From: Candidatus Woesearchaeota archaeon
GTDB lineage: Archaea; Nanobdellota; Nanobdellia; Pacearchaeales; GW2011-AR1
Direction of reading: 5' to 3'
Length of the DNA: 64,000 nt
Assembly: GCA_964355135.1 (NCBI GenBank)
Contig: CAYHCG010000001.1
Span: 146,138 to 210,137 of the forward strand
The position numbers and the translations under genes were made by a program. Below, in pieces: positions 27,005 through 36,310 of the stretch. Below the pieces are notes generated by a model. It had not been told where the DNA came from. It made no database searches and saw only the letters and a list, made by a program, of their open reading frames with translations. The number at the start of each line of letters is the position of its first letter. The first letter of the stretch is position 1.

Positions 27005-28700
27005 TCTTAATTTCATAGAGTTGGAACTTGAGCCTATCAAAATATGACCCATTAATCGCTATAAACTCAAAATCTTTATCTAAAGCTGCGGCAACTTCAT
27101 CTATATTTGGATCATTTTCTTTCTTGTTTAAAAGAGTGGCATTATAGGGGTCGCCATAAATGCCCATGTAAACAGTCACATTGTTTCTAATTAGTTCAGA
27201 AACTACTCTTTTAGTTTCATTTATCCTATAATTTGGAGGAATTCCATCGTAATAGAACAAATGATATCTCTCTATGTCTGGATATAAAAATGAAACTTCA
27301 TGTCTTTGAGGGTATAGAATAACTGAGCCTTCCTGAGTTATATTCTGAAATGTTGAAGAATATTCTATAATCTTTGGATTTATTTCGGATACCCAATTTA
27401 GACTAGCGCCCCCAGCATATTTTATTGGAGCTACATAATTTATTATCATAAGTATAGCAATTAAAAAAACTAAAAATAATTTAATATATTTCGATCTAGG
27501 TAATCTTAAAAAGTTTTCCCAAAATAAAGCTGAAAATAATCCCAACAGTGTTATTACAGGCAATATGTATCTAAAGAAAACTAAAGATAAGCTATAAGCA
27601 AAAGCCGGATCTACTGGGGACCATAGAAGGTTTTTTATGCTGGAGAGATAGACCAAAAATATTGCTAAGGATAAAAAGCTGAAAATAATTAGTTTTTTGT
27701 CCTTAATCTTGAGAATAAATAAGATTAAAGAAATTAATGTAATAAAAAAGAATAAAGAAGAATACTTAAAATAGCCTCTGATAAAATATTCAACGGCATC
27801 TTTTAAATTTGATAAGTTTATATTTAATGAAATTAACTTTGAAGAAATTTGAGGTATGTTTGGTTCCATAAAGTCGGGAGAAACCGGATGATAATCTCCA
27901 GATATATATCCCAAAAATAAAGGATTATCAAAATAAACTAAATTAAATAATAAATTTGATGCCCCTATGAAGATAAGTGCAGAAAGAAATATTCCAGAAA
28001 CCTTAAAAAACTTCTTTAATGAATTTCTATTAAGAATGTACATATAAGCGGCGTTAGGTAATAACAGTATACCGAGAAAGGGTTTTAAGGATATTGCAAA
28101 CCCTAAAAATAGGCCTGAGAAAAATATAAGATATTTGTTATCCTTTTCCCCGTATAAAATTAGCAAGTAAAAGGAGATTAAGAAAAAGAGTAGCCCGAGC
28201 ATAATATTTTGAGGTATAACGCTCCAGAAAACAAAAACTGGGAAGGTCATAAATAGGATTATTGACAAGATTATAGAGACTTCGGATTTTGTTATCTTTT
28301 TAGTAATTAAACCCATTATGATTAATACTAATGAAGCAAAAATCAAATTAAAATAAAAAAATAATTTTGTGCCTCCTAAGGCTATTATCATTGCTGATGT
28401 GAATATGGTAAACGGCGTTTGTGAGGGATAAGAATGTCCGTAATCCACAATCACTTCGTCGGTGAAGGGTAACTTGAAATAGTAAGTCCTATAATCATAA
28501 TTGTAAGAATCCCACATGTTTAGATTATTCTTTTCTATTAAAGCCTTAGCCGGATAAAAATAGCTTACGGAATCGCCTGATACAACTTCATAGACAAAAG
28601 GAGAATATAAAAGATAAAACAGCAGCCCCACCAATATTAGAGAGGATACAAAACTAACTTCTTTCAATTTATATTTTCTTGACAAATTCATTCCCGTCAT
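26994..28700 (-). CDS. GT-C-like (GT39/ArnT-like) polytopic membrane glycosyltransferase
   Basis: 568 aa with more than 10 hydrophobic segments and a C-terminal soluble domain. It is embedded between GT4 genes. Confidence 0.55.
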   Translation of the reverse strand: MTGMNLSRKYKLKEVSFVSSLILVGLLFYLLYSPFVYEVVSGDSVSYFYPAKALIEKNNLNMWDSYNYDYRTYYFKLPFTDEVIVDYGHSYPSQTPFTIFTSAMIIALGGTKLFFYFNLIFASLVLIIMGLITKKITKSEVSIILSIILFMTFPVFVFWSVIPQNIMLGLLFFLISFYLLILYGEKDNKYLIFFSGLFLGFAISLKPFLGILLLPNAAYMYILNRNSLKKFFKVSGIFLSALIFIGASNLLFNLVYFDNPLFLGYISGDYHPVSPDFMEPNIPQISSKLISLNINLSNLKDAVEYFIRGYFKYSSLFFFITLISLILFILKIKDKKLIIFSFLSLAIFLVYLSSIKNLLWSPVDPAFAYSLSLVFFRYILPVITLLGLFSALFWENFLRLPRSKYIKLFLVFLIAILMIINYVAPIKYAGGASLNWVSEINPKIIEYSSTFQNITQEGSVILYPQRHEVSFLYPDIERYHLFYYDGIPPNYRINETKRVVSELIRNNVTVYMGIYGDPYNATLLNKKENDPNIDEVAAALDKDFEFIAINGSYFDRLKFQLYEIKNET

Positions 28701-29643
28701 CTTCCACCTCCAAATACTTGTTTTTATTTATTCCTTCTGCACCAATAGAAGTTGAAATAACTCTTTTATTACATGCTAAGGCCTCCAATATCTTAATTCT
28801 TGTACCGCTTCCACTTTTTAAGGGAGCAATTACCACATCGGAAGCATTAATATAATCTTGAATCTTTTCTACAAATCCTTTGAAAATCAAGTTAGGATGA
28901 TTAAATTCTTTTAGGAGTCCTTTCCCATCTCCCTTGCCACACACTACTATTTTATATTTTGATCTTTTTTTCTCTAATTCTGGGATTATTTTATCTCTTA
29001 TTATTTCTAAAGCTTCAACATTTGGATGATAATTTAATTGCCCAAAGAACAGAATAAATTTCTCTCTCGTTTTTAGATTTAGTTTCTTCCTTATACTATT
29101 TTTTACTTTGCTATTAGGGAAAAATATTGTATTATCTACAGGGTTATCAATTATAGTTATTTTTTCTGGATTTATCCTGAAATATTTTACTAAAAATATC
29201 TTATCTGTTTGTGAAACACAGATAATTCTCTTTGCAAATTTACATGAAAGCCACTCATATAGAAAGACAAACCGCCATATTCTAGATCCTGTTCTCTTAA
29301 ATCTTAGAAATTCTATGTTGTGCTCATCTAGAGTATACCTTTTTCCTAAAAGAATTAAATTTATGCTCTGCCACGGGAATTCAAGCCGTATTTCATCAGG
29401 GTTTTCTTTTTTTATTATTTTCTTAATTTCTTTCATCAGGCTGTAATTAAATGTTTTATTGTGTGAATTATCCTCAAATGGTTGATAAACTTTGAACTTG
29501 TTTTTTGTTGTTTTTCCTTTAGGGCAGATTAATATGACTTTATTTTTTTCGCTTAATCTCTCACTTAAGAGAAAAATCCTATTTTCACCACCGTTTGATC
29601 TCTCAAACGGGTTATGTGGAGAGATTATTAGAATTCTTTTCAT
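28669..29643 (-). CDS. glycosyltransferase family 4 (GT-B)
   Basis: ILFFGQLNYHPNVEAL...GSGTRIKILEALACNKRVISTSIGAEGI. Confidence 0.8.
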   Translation of the reverse strand: MKRILIISPHNPFERSNGGENRIFLLSERLSEKNKVILICPKGKTTKNKFKVYQPFEDNSHNKTFNYSLMKEIKKIIKKENPDEIRLEFPWQSINLILLGKRYTLDEHNIEFLRFKRTGSRIWRFVFLYEWLSCKFAKRIICVSQTDKIFLVKYFRINPEKITIIDNPVDNTIFFPNSKVKNSIRKKLNLKTREKFILFFGQLNYHPNVEALEIIRDKIIPELEKKRSKYKIVVCGKGDGKGLLKEFNHPNLIFKGFVEKIQDYINASDVVIAPLKSGSGTRIKILEALACNKRVISTSIGAEGINKNKYLEVEDDGNEFVKKI

Positions 29644-30737
29644 TTGTATACCTCTACCGTTTTTTCAGCTATCTTGCCCCAACTAAATTCCTTCTTTTTA
29701 ATTCTTGCTTCCTTTTCCAGTTTGTTCAAATTTTTTAGTGCGTATCTTATCTTTTTCTCCAAGTCTCTTCCATCATTAGGTCGAGCGATAACTTCCCGAT
29801 CTTTTACTAGTTCTGGTAAACCTCCAACTTTTGTGACTACGAGCGGCTTCTCAAAATTTAGAGCTACAGTTCCTGCTCCGCTAGAAGCCTCAAATTCTTT
29901 GTAAGGAAAGACAATAAGATCAGAGATTGTAAATAATTCTGCGACTTTTTTATCCGAGTTGAAACCTAGAAAAGATGTAACTTTATCATTTATCTTCAAT
30001 TGTTTGATTAAGGAAGAATATTTATCAAAACCTCCCCAAGGATTGCCTGCTATTATTAATTTAGCTCCCTCGATATTACTAAATGATTTCAGAAGCACGT
30101 CTAGCCCTTTATAATCTCGAATGTTACCAAAAAATAAGATAATCTTATCTTTATCTGTAAAATTATATTGTTTTCTTAACTCTTTTTTTGATTTAGATGG
30201 TTTTTTCATTTCTATTACGCCATGAGGTATTACATGGACTTTCTTTTTTGTTTTGTTTAATTTTAAGAATAGATTCTTATTATCATCTGAATGCACAATA
30301 TATTCGTTAGCTAGATTAATAACTGAACTATTTAAAAAATTCTTAATGAAAGACTTTTCGTGGGGCTTTACATTGTGAATAGTCAATATTATCTTTTTCC
30401 TTCTTAGTTTTGCTGCAGATAATACTATAAAATACTGGGGTGCGAGAAACCAGCTCCACCATTGAGCATGGATTACTTTTGTTTTAATAGAAAATCCTGT
30501 TTTAACCCATGAAAGAGGATTATACCAAGCCATGTAATTCTTAATTATTACATTTTTTATCTTGGGCTCTTTTTCGTTTGTTTTTGTTCCGCCAGGATAT
30601 AGAAATTCTGGGTAAATTGATTTAAAGCCGTAAAATTCTATTTCTACAATATTAGAAAGTTCCTTTACCAAACTAAGAGTATAGGGACTAAGACCTTTTG
30701 TGGGAGGCAATGTACTCAACATTGATATCTTTTCCAT
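29640..30737 (-). CDS. glycosyltransferase family 4 (GT-B)
   Basis: ILFFGNIRDYKGLDVL...EASSGAGTVALNFEKPLVVTKVGGLPELV. There is a 4-nt overlap with the downstream GT. Confidence 0.8.
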   Translation of the reverse strand: MEKISMLSTLPPTKGLSPYTLSLVKELSNIVEIEFYGFKSIYPEFLYPGGTKTNEKEPKIKNVIIKNYMAWYNPLSWVKTGFSIKTKVIHAQWWSWFLAPQYFIVLSAAKLRRKKIILTIHNVKPHEKSFIKNFLNSSVINLANEYIVHSDDNKNLFLKLNKTKKKVHVIPHGVIEMKKPSKSKKELRKQYNFTDKDKIILFFGNIRDYKGLDVLLKSFSNIEGAKLIIAGNPWGGFDKYSSLIKQLKINDKVTSFLGFNSDKKVAELFTISDLIVFPYKEFEASSGAGTVALNFEKPLVVTKVGGLPELVKDREVIARPNDGRDLEKKIRYALKNLNKLEKEARIKKKEFSWGKIAEKTVEVYK

Positions 30738-30742
30738 TTCCT

Positions 30743-30958
30743 CTAATCCCCCTGAGCATCAAACTCTTCTTTCTTTAAGCCGTCAAGAACTTTGTAAATG
30801 GGTTGTAGTTCTTGAGCACAACAAAGATGAGATCTTTGTGCCGTCAAAACTTTAGTTTTGAGGTGATCAAGATTCGCAAATCTTGACAGGTAGAGGATTT
30901 CTTCTTGGGTGCGGCTGAGACGCTTACTGTTACTTAATTCCATATTGTGTTTAATCAT
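30743..30958 (-). CDS. small protein whose N-terminus resembles the GT2 C-terminal tail
   Basis: ATG at 30958 with a GGAGG 7 nt upstream. KRLSRTQEEILY compares with KRISRTQEEVLY at the end of 33293-34270. Confidence 0.4.
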   Translation of the reverse strand: MIKHNMELSNSKRLSRTQEEILYLSRFANLDHLKTKVLTAQRSHLCCAQELQPIYKVLDGLKKEEFDAQGD

Positions 30959-31119
30959 TTTTTCCTCCAAAAATCGGTAAGACCGATAAATATATATAGT
31001 TTGTTTCTTTCGTTTTCCTAGTAGACGCAAGAGCTCTGACGAATCCCGTGCCTCCCTCGAGGAGATAGGAGAAATCCGAAGATGATGCGGTTAGTAGGAT
31101 TGATGAGCTCCCAAATCTA

Positions 31120-31584
31120 TTAATCATTTATGCTTCTCCTTACCAAATTTAATTGTGTATCAATTATTAAGCTTAGTTTGTATTCAGGCGAGCCTTTTTT
31201 TAATTGGCTCTCTTTAACTATTGCAACTTTATTTTGATCTACCAAACTAATTATTTTTCTAAATGTTTTATACTGAAAATTATCTACACAAATAAAGATT
31301 ATGCAATTTTCGTATTTCTTAATAAATTCAGACACTTCAATAAATATATCCAGATTGTTTCTTATACCTTTTATCTTAAGTTTCTTAAGGTAAGAGTCGA
31401 TTTTATCTCTTTCAAATAGTTTCTTCATGGAATTAAGATACTCTCTTTTATGTCTTAACTCTTTATAATGAGCGAGTTTTGTTATTTTCGGCAGCAAATC
31501 TTTAATTTGATTTTGTTCAATTATACAATATCCAATTAAATTCTCTGAATAGTCTATGAAGATGTAATAGTCAAATTCTTTCAT
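31120..31584 (-). CDS. hypothetical protein
   Basis: 154-aa ORF whose start codon lies inside the 84-bp repeat. The weak PIN/NYN-like pattern (YYIFIDYSEN...FICVDNF) is not diagnostic. Confidence 0.5.
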   Translation of the reverse strand: MKEFDYYIFIDYSENLIGYCIIEQNQIKDLLPKITKLAHYKELRHKREYLNSMKKLFERDKIDSYLKKLKIKGIRNNLDIFIEVSEFIKKYENCIIFICVDNFQYKTFRKIISLVDQNKVAIVKESQLKKGSPEYKLSLIIDTQLNLVRRSIND

Positions 31585-31661
31585 CTTTTGTCTAACTCCT
31601 GTTTTTTCAGATGGTAAAGAACTTCTTCCTGGGTTCTGCTGATACGCTTAAGCATATCGGC
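31578..31661. repeat. 84-bp perfect direct repeat, copy 1 (orphan fragment of the GT2 3' end)
   Basis: Identical base for base to 33290-33373. On the minus strand it encodes the last 26 codons plus the stop of the GT2 gene, without the rest of the gene. Confidence 0.9.
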
Positions 31662-31880
31662 TGACGAATCGATATAGAATGATTTTACTCCCGACATTTT
31701 ACACAAAAACCTCTGTTTTTACCATAAATATGCCTAGTTAATGCCAATATAAATATTATTGTGAAAGGGAAGGCACTTTTCTCACCTTGAGAGGATTATA
31801 GATAAGCGAAGGGTTTTGATGTGACGAAAAGTTTATATACTATAGGTGTATGGTTATACAATAAAGATATATGGTGTAAA

Positions 31881-32459
31881 ATGCTGACTGTGAATGAGAA
31901 AAAGGTATTGAAAGTGTTGATTTTTTCATTTGGGGAAGATTACTCTATCAATGAGATTTCAAGAAAATGCAGTATTGCGCCCAATGGAGCTTTAAAAATT
32001 CTCAGAAAGCTTGAAAAAGAAGGGATTTTAACACAAAAAAAAATAGCAAATATAAATTCTTACAAGATAAATTTTGATAATATAAAGACTAAAAATATTA
32101 TTGAACTATCATTGATTCAGGATTTAAGTGGCAAAATAAAAAATAGATACCTTGATTTAGAACAACTAAAAGAAATTACCCAGAGCTGTATCCTTTTTGG
32201 GTCTTATGTGTATAAAGATAGTCCGAACGATTTAGACTTAATTTTTATCATTGAGAAGAAAAAATTAGATAAGTATAGAGAACTGTCCAGAAAATTATAT
32301 GTCTCGATGCCGATTAAAGTTCATGATATTATTCAAACAAAAGAAGATTTTATTAATAACATTAAGATAAAAGACCCCGTTATTATCAAGTCTTTAAGAG
32401 AAGGTATAATATTATGGGGACACAGTATAATTATTGAGGCGGTTGAAAATGCAAGATAA
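31881..32459 (+). CDS. wHTH-fused minimal nucleotidyltransferase
   Basis: CILFGSYVYKDSPNDLDLIFI. ATG at 31881 is preferred over the GTG at 31821. The N-terminal wHTH-like region is INEISRKCSIAPNGALKILRKLEKEGIL. Confidence 0.8.
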   Translation: MLTVNEKKVLKVLIFSFGEDYSINEISRKCSIAPNGALKILRKLEKEGILTQKKIANINSYKINFDNIKTKNIIELSLIQDLSGKIKNRYLDLEQLKEITQSCILFGSYVYKDSPNDLDLIFIIEKKKLDKYRELSRKLYVSMPIKVHDIIQTKEDFINNIKIKDPVIIKSLREGIILWGHSIIIEAVENAR

Positions 32460-32946
32460 AATTAAATCCTGCTTAAAGGAAGGGGAACAAGGAGAAAGAC
32501 ATAAAGGGCTAAGAAAGACAATCCCTGATGATAAAATAACTAGGGGACATGTGAATAAAGCGATACACAATTTTAATGCTATTGAGACATTTAATAGAGA
32601 GGGCTACTCAGATTGGAGCGCTTCCGCAGCATTTTACTGCCTGTACCATGCCCTGCTTGCCTTGATAGCCAAGAAAGGTTACGAATCAAGAAATCAGACT
32701 TGTACATTTGCTTTAGTTGAAGATATGATAAGCAACAAAGAAATATCATTAACTCTGGAAGAGCTAAAAGAAATATATGATAAAGATGTTACAGAAAAAC
32801 TTGAACAAAGCATAAAAATATTAGATATGAGAGAAACTATGCAATATTCTATAAGAACTTCCTTAAAAGACGCAGAGTTTAAAATTCTAAAAGACAGAAC
32901 TAAATTCTTACTGGATAAAATCAGAAATGATATAGAGAAGATTTAG
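32434..32946 (+). CDS. HEPN domain protein
   Basis: SASAAFYCLYHALLALIAKKGYESRNQT is a HEPN helix pattern. The gene overlaps the NTase gene. Confidence 0.7.
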   Translation: MRRLKMQDKIKSCLKEGEQGERHKGLRKTIPDDKITRGHVNKAIHNFNAIETFNREGYSDWSASAAFYCLYHALLALIAKKGYESRNQTCTFALVEDMISNKEISLTLEELKEIYDKDVTEKLEQSIKILDMRETMQYSIRTSLKDAEFKILKDRTKFLLDKIRNDIEKI

Positions 32947-32952
32947 AAGTTT

Positions 32953-33114
32953 TTAAGCAGTATAAATAAAGACATGTCCTAAATTTAGATTTTCTTTTCT
33001 GCAGATATTTCTAAATGTTTGTAAGTATTGCAGATTCTCTTTGGTTTTATTTTGAAAATGCTTTTTTACTAATCCAAAAAAACCGTCATCAACAAAAACA
33101 ATAGTCTCTTCCAT
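32953..33114 (-). CDS. possible short ORF or gene fragment (53 aa; not in track)
   Basis: My own translation gives MEETIVFVDDGFFGLVKKHF.... Its ATG overlaps the stop of 33114-33296 (TAATG). It may be a remnant. Confidence 0.25.
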   Translation of the reverse strand: MEETIVFVDDGFFGLVKKHFQNKTKENLQYLQTFRNICRKENLNLGHVFIYTA

Positions 33115-33296
33115 TAGAATATTCCCCCAAACACATCAAGAAGATTAAAGCATCCGGCAACCTTGCGATCACCGGGGATCATACTCACAATCATAAGATT
33201 GCTAAAAGTAAGACTATCTTCAAGTTTATAAATTTTATGTTTCCCCCAAATACTCTTATCTTTCCCCTCCACTTTAAATTCTTCTTTAACTTTCAT
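33114..33296 (-). CDS. possible short ORF (60 aa)
   Basis: Its start codon lies in the 84-bp repeat and overlaps the GT2 stop (ATGA). No motif recognised. Confidence 0.3.
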   Translation of the reverse strand: MKVKEEFKVEGKDKSIWGKHKIYKLEDSLTFSNLMIVSMIPGDRKVAGCFNLLDVFGGIF

Positions 33297-33373
33297 CTTT
33301 TGTCTAACTCCTGTTTTTTCAGATGGTAAAGAACTTCTTCCTGGGTTCTGCTGATACGCTTAAGCATATCGGC
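33290..33373. repeat. 84-bp perfect direct repeat, copy 2 (3' end of the intact GT2 gene)
   Basis: Identical to 31578-31661. Confidence 0.9.
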
Positions 33374-34270
33374 CAGGAGGCCTAGGATGGCGAGGGAGAT
33401 GCCGAAGATGACTAGGAAGACTGAGACGTTGAACAACATGCGAACTGGTGTGGTGACGTGGTTGATGAGCCAGAAGTAGAGAGTGTATAGGCCGCCTATG
33501 ACTCCGAGAATGAAGGAAATGAATCCGGGAAGGCCGAAAAATGTTAGGGGTTGTGTGTCACGAGTTGTTCTGGCTATAATTCCTAGGCTTTTGAAACCGT
33601 ATCTGCTTAAATTTCCAGTTAATTTTGATTTCCTATCTTTGTGATAGACTACAGTGAGAGGAACTTCCTTAACTGTGATTCCTTTTCCTACTAAATCTAT
33701 GAAAGCTTCCTGAGTGTAAGTAAAATTACCGAATAAGTTTAGCTTTAGTGCTGCTTCACGGCTGTACGCGCGAAAACCGCATTGGGTATCTGTAAAATGC
33801 TGTCCAGTTACTCTGCTTATCAGATTTGTGAATCTTCTATTGCCCCATTTTTTTATGTAAGGCATATTCTGGGGTTTTTGGGTGGAAAATCTTGTGGCAG
33901 TTACCATGCCTGCTTCCCCATTTAGAATGGGGCGGATTAGTGCTTCAATGTCTTTAGGGTTAAATTGGCCGTCACCATCAATGTTCACTATGATGTCTGC
34001 ATCAAGAGACAAGGCGTGTTCTATTCCTTTACGGAATGCCACGCCAAGACCTTTATTTGTAATGTTAGAGATTATGTGATCTGCTCCTGCTTTGCGTGCT
34101 ACTTGAATAGTATTGTCGGTACTGCCATCATCAATAACTAAGACTTCCACAAGGTGATTGTTAACTCTTCTAGGGATATTAGAGATTACTTTGGAGATAG
34201 TTGCACTTTCATTATATGCTGGAATTTGCACAATTATCTTTTTTAATGGTTTTTTTCCTCTTTTTTCCAT
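33293..34270 (-). CDS. glycosyltransferase family 2 (dolichyl-phosphate sugar synthase-like) with C-terminal TM segments
   Basis: IPAYNES...VIDDGSTDNT...NIDGDGQ...TDTQCGFRAY, followed by two C-terminal hydrophobic segments. Confidence 0.9.
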   Translation of the reverse strand: MEKRGKKPLKKIIVQIPAYNESATISKVISNIPRRVNNHLVEVLVIDDGSTDNTIQVARKAGADHIISNITNKGLGVAFRKGIEHALSLDADIIVNIDGDGQFNPKDIEALIRPILNGEAGMVTATRFSTQKPQNMPYIKKWGNRRFTNLISRVTGQHFTDTQCGFRAYSREAALKLNLFGNFTYTQEAFIDLVGKGITVKEVPLTVVYHKDRKSKLTGNLSRYGFKSLGIIARTTRDTQPLTFFGLPGFISFILGVIGGLYTLYFWLINHVTTPVRMLFNVSVFLVIFGISLAILGLLADMLKRISRTQEEVLYHLKKQELDKR

Positions 34271-34545
34271 GGAGGTTTAGTAAGGAAGTCAATTATAAAT
34301 ATTGTTGCATGCTATTATATGATTTGGGAGAGATAATTGAGAAAGAGGGGAGTTTTGGAAAGGCTTAAATAGATTAAATACTCTTATTTATTAATAACTT
34401 CCCCGGTATGGTCCTTAGGGGCAATGCCGGGCAGATATTTAATTTTATTTATGATGTTGTTGATACATATTGATGAATTTGCGACTTTTTTCAAAGCTGA
34501 AGAGGAACTTGAGATAAAAAGGGACTCTGGAAGCTAATTAGAAAG

Positions 34546-34881
34546 CTATACTAGAGAGATTTTCTTCATACCTTCCTTTATTAAAGGAATTTCTTTTTTT
34601 AAAGTGTCCCAGATTCGATTAAGACTTATTTCATAATAGGAGTGGGCAATCAAATCTCTGAATTGTGATAAGTTAAACCAGTTAACATGTTTGTTTTTCT
34701 CCTTTAAAGATCTAGGAATATTTCTACTGGCTTCCCCGATTATCTCCAGTCTCCTCACGACAGCATCTTGTAATTTCCTGTCTTTTTTGAAATCTTCTTC
34801 CGAGATATCCATTACATACTCTTCTATATATTTTACACTATCTCTTATATCCTGCAGATATAATTTATAGTCTCTCTTCAT
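34546..34881 (-). CDS. hepT: HepT (DUF86) HEPN toxin, copy 1
   Basis: RDLIAHSYYEISLNRIW matches the R-x4-H-x-Y motif. There is a 4-nt overlap with mntA. Confidence 0.9.
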   Translation of the reverse strand: MKRDYKLYLQDIRDSVKYIEEYVMDISEEDFKKDRKLQDAVVRRLEIIGEASRNIPRSLKEKNKHVNWFNLSQFRDLIAHSYYEISLNRIWDTLKKEIPLIKEGMKKISLV

Positions 34882-35171
34882 ATAATTCTAATTTCCTCTT
34901 TGAGAATTCTATTCTTCAGTTCTTTTCTGATTGCTTCATACTCCACCAAATCGACTTTTTTACCTAAAATTGATTCTAATTCATTTTTTATTTGTATAAA
35001 GCCCATTAAACCAAAATCTCTATTTTTTATTTCTACCAAGATATCTACATCACTATTCTTCTTCTGCTCTCCCCTGACATAACTTCCAAATATGCCTGCC
35101 CTAGTGGCGTTATGTTTGATAAGTACTTTTTTTACCTTTTGCTTTATTTCTGGGAGTTCCTTATTCATCAT
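34878..35171 (-). CDS. mntA: MntA minimal nucleotidyltransferase antitoxin, copy 1
   Basis: GIFGSYVRGEQKKNSDVDILVE. Confidence 0.9.
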   Translation of the reverse strand: MMNKELPEIKQKVKKVLIKHNATRAGIFGSYVRGEQKKNSDVDILVEIKNRDFGLMGFIQIKNELESILGKKVDLVEYEAIRKELKNRILKEEIRII

Positions 35172-35176
35172 TTATA

Positions 35177-35204
35177 AGATATTATAATAGATTTAAACTT
35201 TTCT
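35177..35204 (-). promoter_or_regulatory. conserved promoter block of mntA-hepT copy 1
   Basis: This 28-nt block is identical to 36283-36310. On the minus strand it reads AGAAAAGTTTAAATCTATTATAATATCT, with the TATA-like element 20-27 nt from the ATG. Confidence 0.5.
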
Positions 35205-35293
35205 AAATAGATACTTGCCTACCAAGGAATTCAATAGATAGTATTGCATGTTTGTATGTATGTTCTAGGAGATAATTGAAAAAAACAGATCTT

Positions 35294-35524
35294 TTATTGG
35301 GTTTCTGTGGCGGGCCTGATTAAAATTGCAACAAAGTCGTCTAAAGGCTGGTCAGATTCGTCATAAGCCTGTGAGCAAACATAGTGTTCTATGTTTTTTG
35401 AGCGATACTCCTCAAGTCTTGGAGGTAGAAGAGAAAGTCTTACATTCGCCTCAAAACGGAAACCTTGACTGAGAGCATCGGCATATGTACTATCTCTTAG
35501 TGAGAGTTTAGGTTTTTCTTCCAT
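35294..35524 (-). CDS. hypothetical small protein
   Basis: 76-aa ORF preceded by a copy of the GT2 upstream segment. Confidence 0.4.
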   Translation of the reverse strand: MEEKPKLSLRDSTYADALSQGFRFEANVRLSLLPPRLEEYRSKNIEHYVCSQAYDESDQPLDDFVAILIRPATETQ

Positions 35525-35654
35525 ATGATATTAAAGGATGAAAGTAATATAAATATTGTTGCATGCTATTATATGATTTAAGAGTGATAATTGAGGATTT
35601 GGGAGTATATTTGGGAATTTTGAGCAAAAAAGGGTTTGAAGGCCATTTAGAGAA

Positions 35655-35990
35655 TTATACTAGGGAAATCTTTTTGAAACCTTCTTTGATTTGGGGAATT
35701 CTTTCCAGTACTGTCCTCCATATTCTATTAAGACTTAATTCAAAGTAGGAATGAGAGATTAAATCCCTGAACTGGGATAAATCGAACCAGGGAACCTGTT
35801 TGTTTTTTTCTTTTAATGATCGCGGTATATTTTTGCTTGCTTCTCCAATTATTTCAAGTCTTCTTACTATAGCATCTTGTAATTTCTTATCTTTTTTAAA
35901 ATCCTCTTCAGAAACATTTTTCATGTATTCTTCAATGTTAGCTATACTGTCTCGGATATCTTGTAAATAGAGTTTGTAGTCTCTTTTCAT
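35655..35990 (-). CDS. hepT: HepT (DUF86) HEPN toxin, copy 2
   Basis: RDLISHSYFELSLNRIW. Colinear with copy 1, with most residues identical. Confidence 0.9.
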   Translation of the reverse strand: MKRDYKLYLQDIRDSIANIEEYMKNVSEEDFKKDKKLQDAIVRRLEIIGEASKNIPRSLKEKNKQVPWFDLSQFRDLISHSYFELSLNRIWRTVLERIPQIKEGFKKISLV

Positions 35991-36274
35991 ATTATTTTGA
36001 CTTCCTCTTTGAGTATATTTTTCCTTAATTCCTTGCGAATTGTATTATACTCTACAAGATCGACTTTTCTGCCTATGCTTCTTTCTAATTCATTTTTTAT
36101 TTGAATAAAGTCTACTAGATCAAGTTTTTCATCTAACTCGACTAAAATATCTACATCACTATTCTTTTTTTGCTCTCCCCTGACATAACTTCCAAATATC
36201 CCTGCTCTAGAGGCATTGTGCTTAAGGAGTACTTTTCTTGCCTTTTTCTTTATTTGGGGAAGTTCTTTATTCAT
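35987..36274 (-). CDS. mntA: MntA minimal nucleotidyltransferase antitoxin, copy 2
   Basis: GIFGSYVRGEQKKNSDVDILVE. Confidence 0.9.
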   Translation of the reverse strand: MNKELPQIKKKARKVLLKHNASRAGIFGSYVRGEQKKNSDVDILVELDEKLDLVDFIQIKNELERSIGRKVDLVEYNTIRKELRKNILKEEVKII

Positions 36275-36282
36275 TACTTGTT

Positions 36283-36310
36283 AGATATTATAATAGATTT
36301 AAACTTTTCT
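36283..36310 (-). promoter_or_regulatory. conserved promoter block of mntA-hepT copy 2
   Basis: Identical 28-mer to 35177-35204. Confidence 0.5.

Noticed and set aside
31031-31119. Possible C/D-box sRNA (ATGATG and TGATGA boxes, CTGA)
   Set aside because: The CTGA lies 5' of the C-like boxes on the + strand, which is the wrong order. The minus strand lacks the boxes, and no terminal stem is present.
34401-34432. G+C-rich island (CCCCGGTATGGTCCTTAGGGGCAATGCCGGGC) considered as a tRNA fragment or att site
   Set aside because: It has only a 5-bp stem and no T-loop, anticodon or acceptor features. It is too short to assign.
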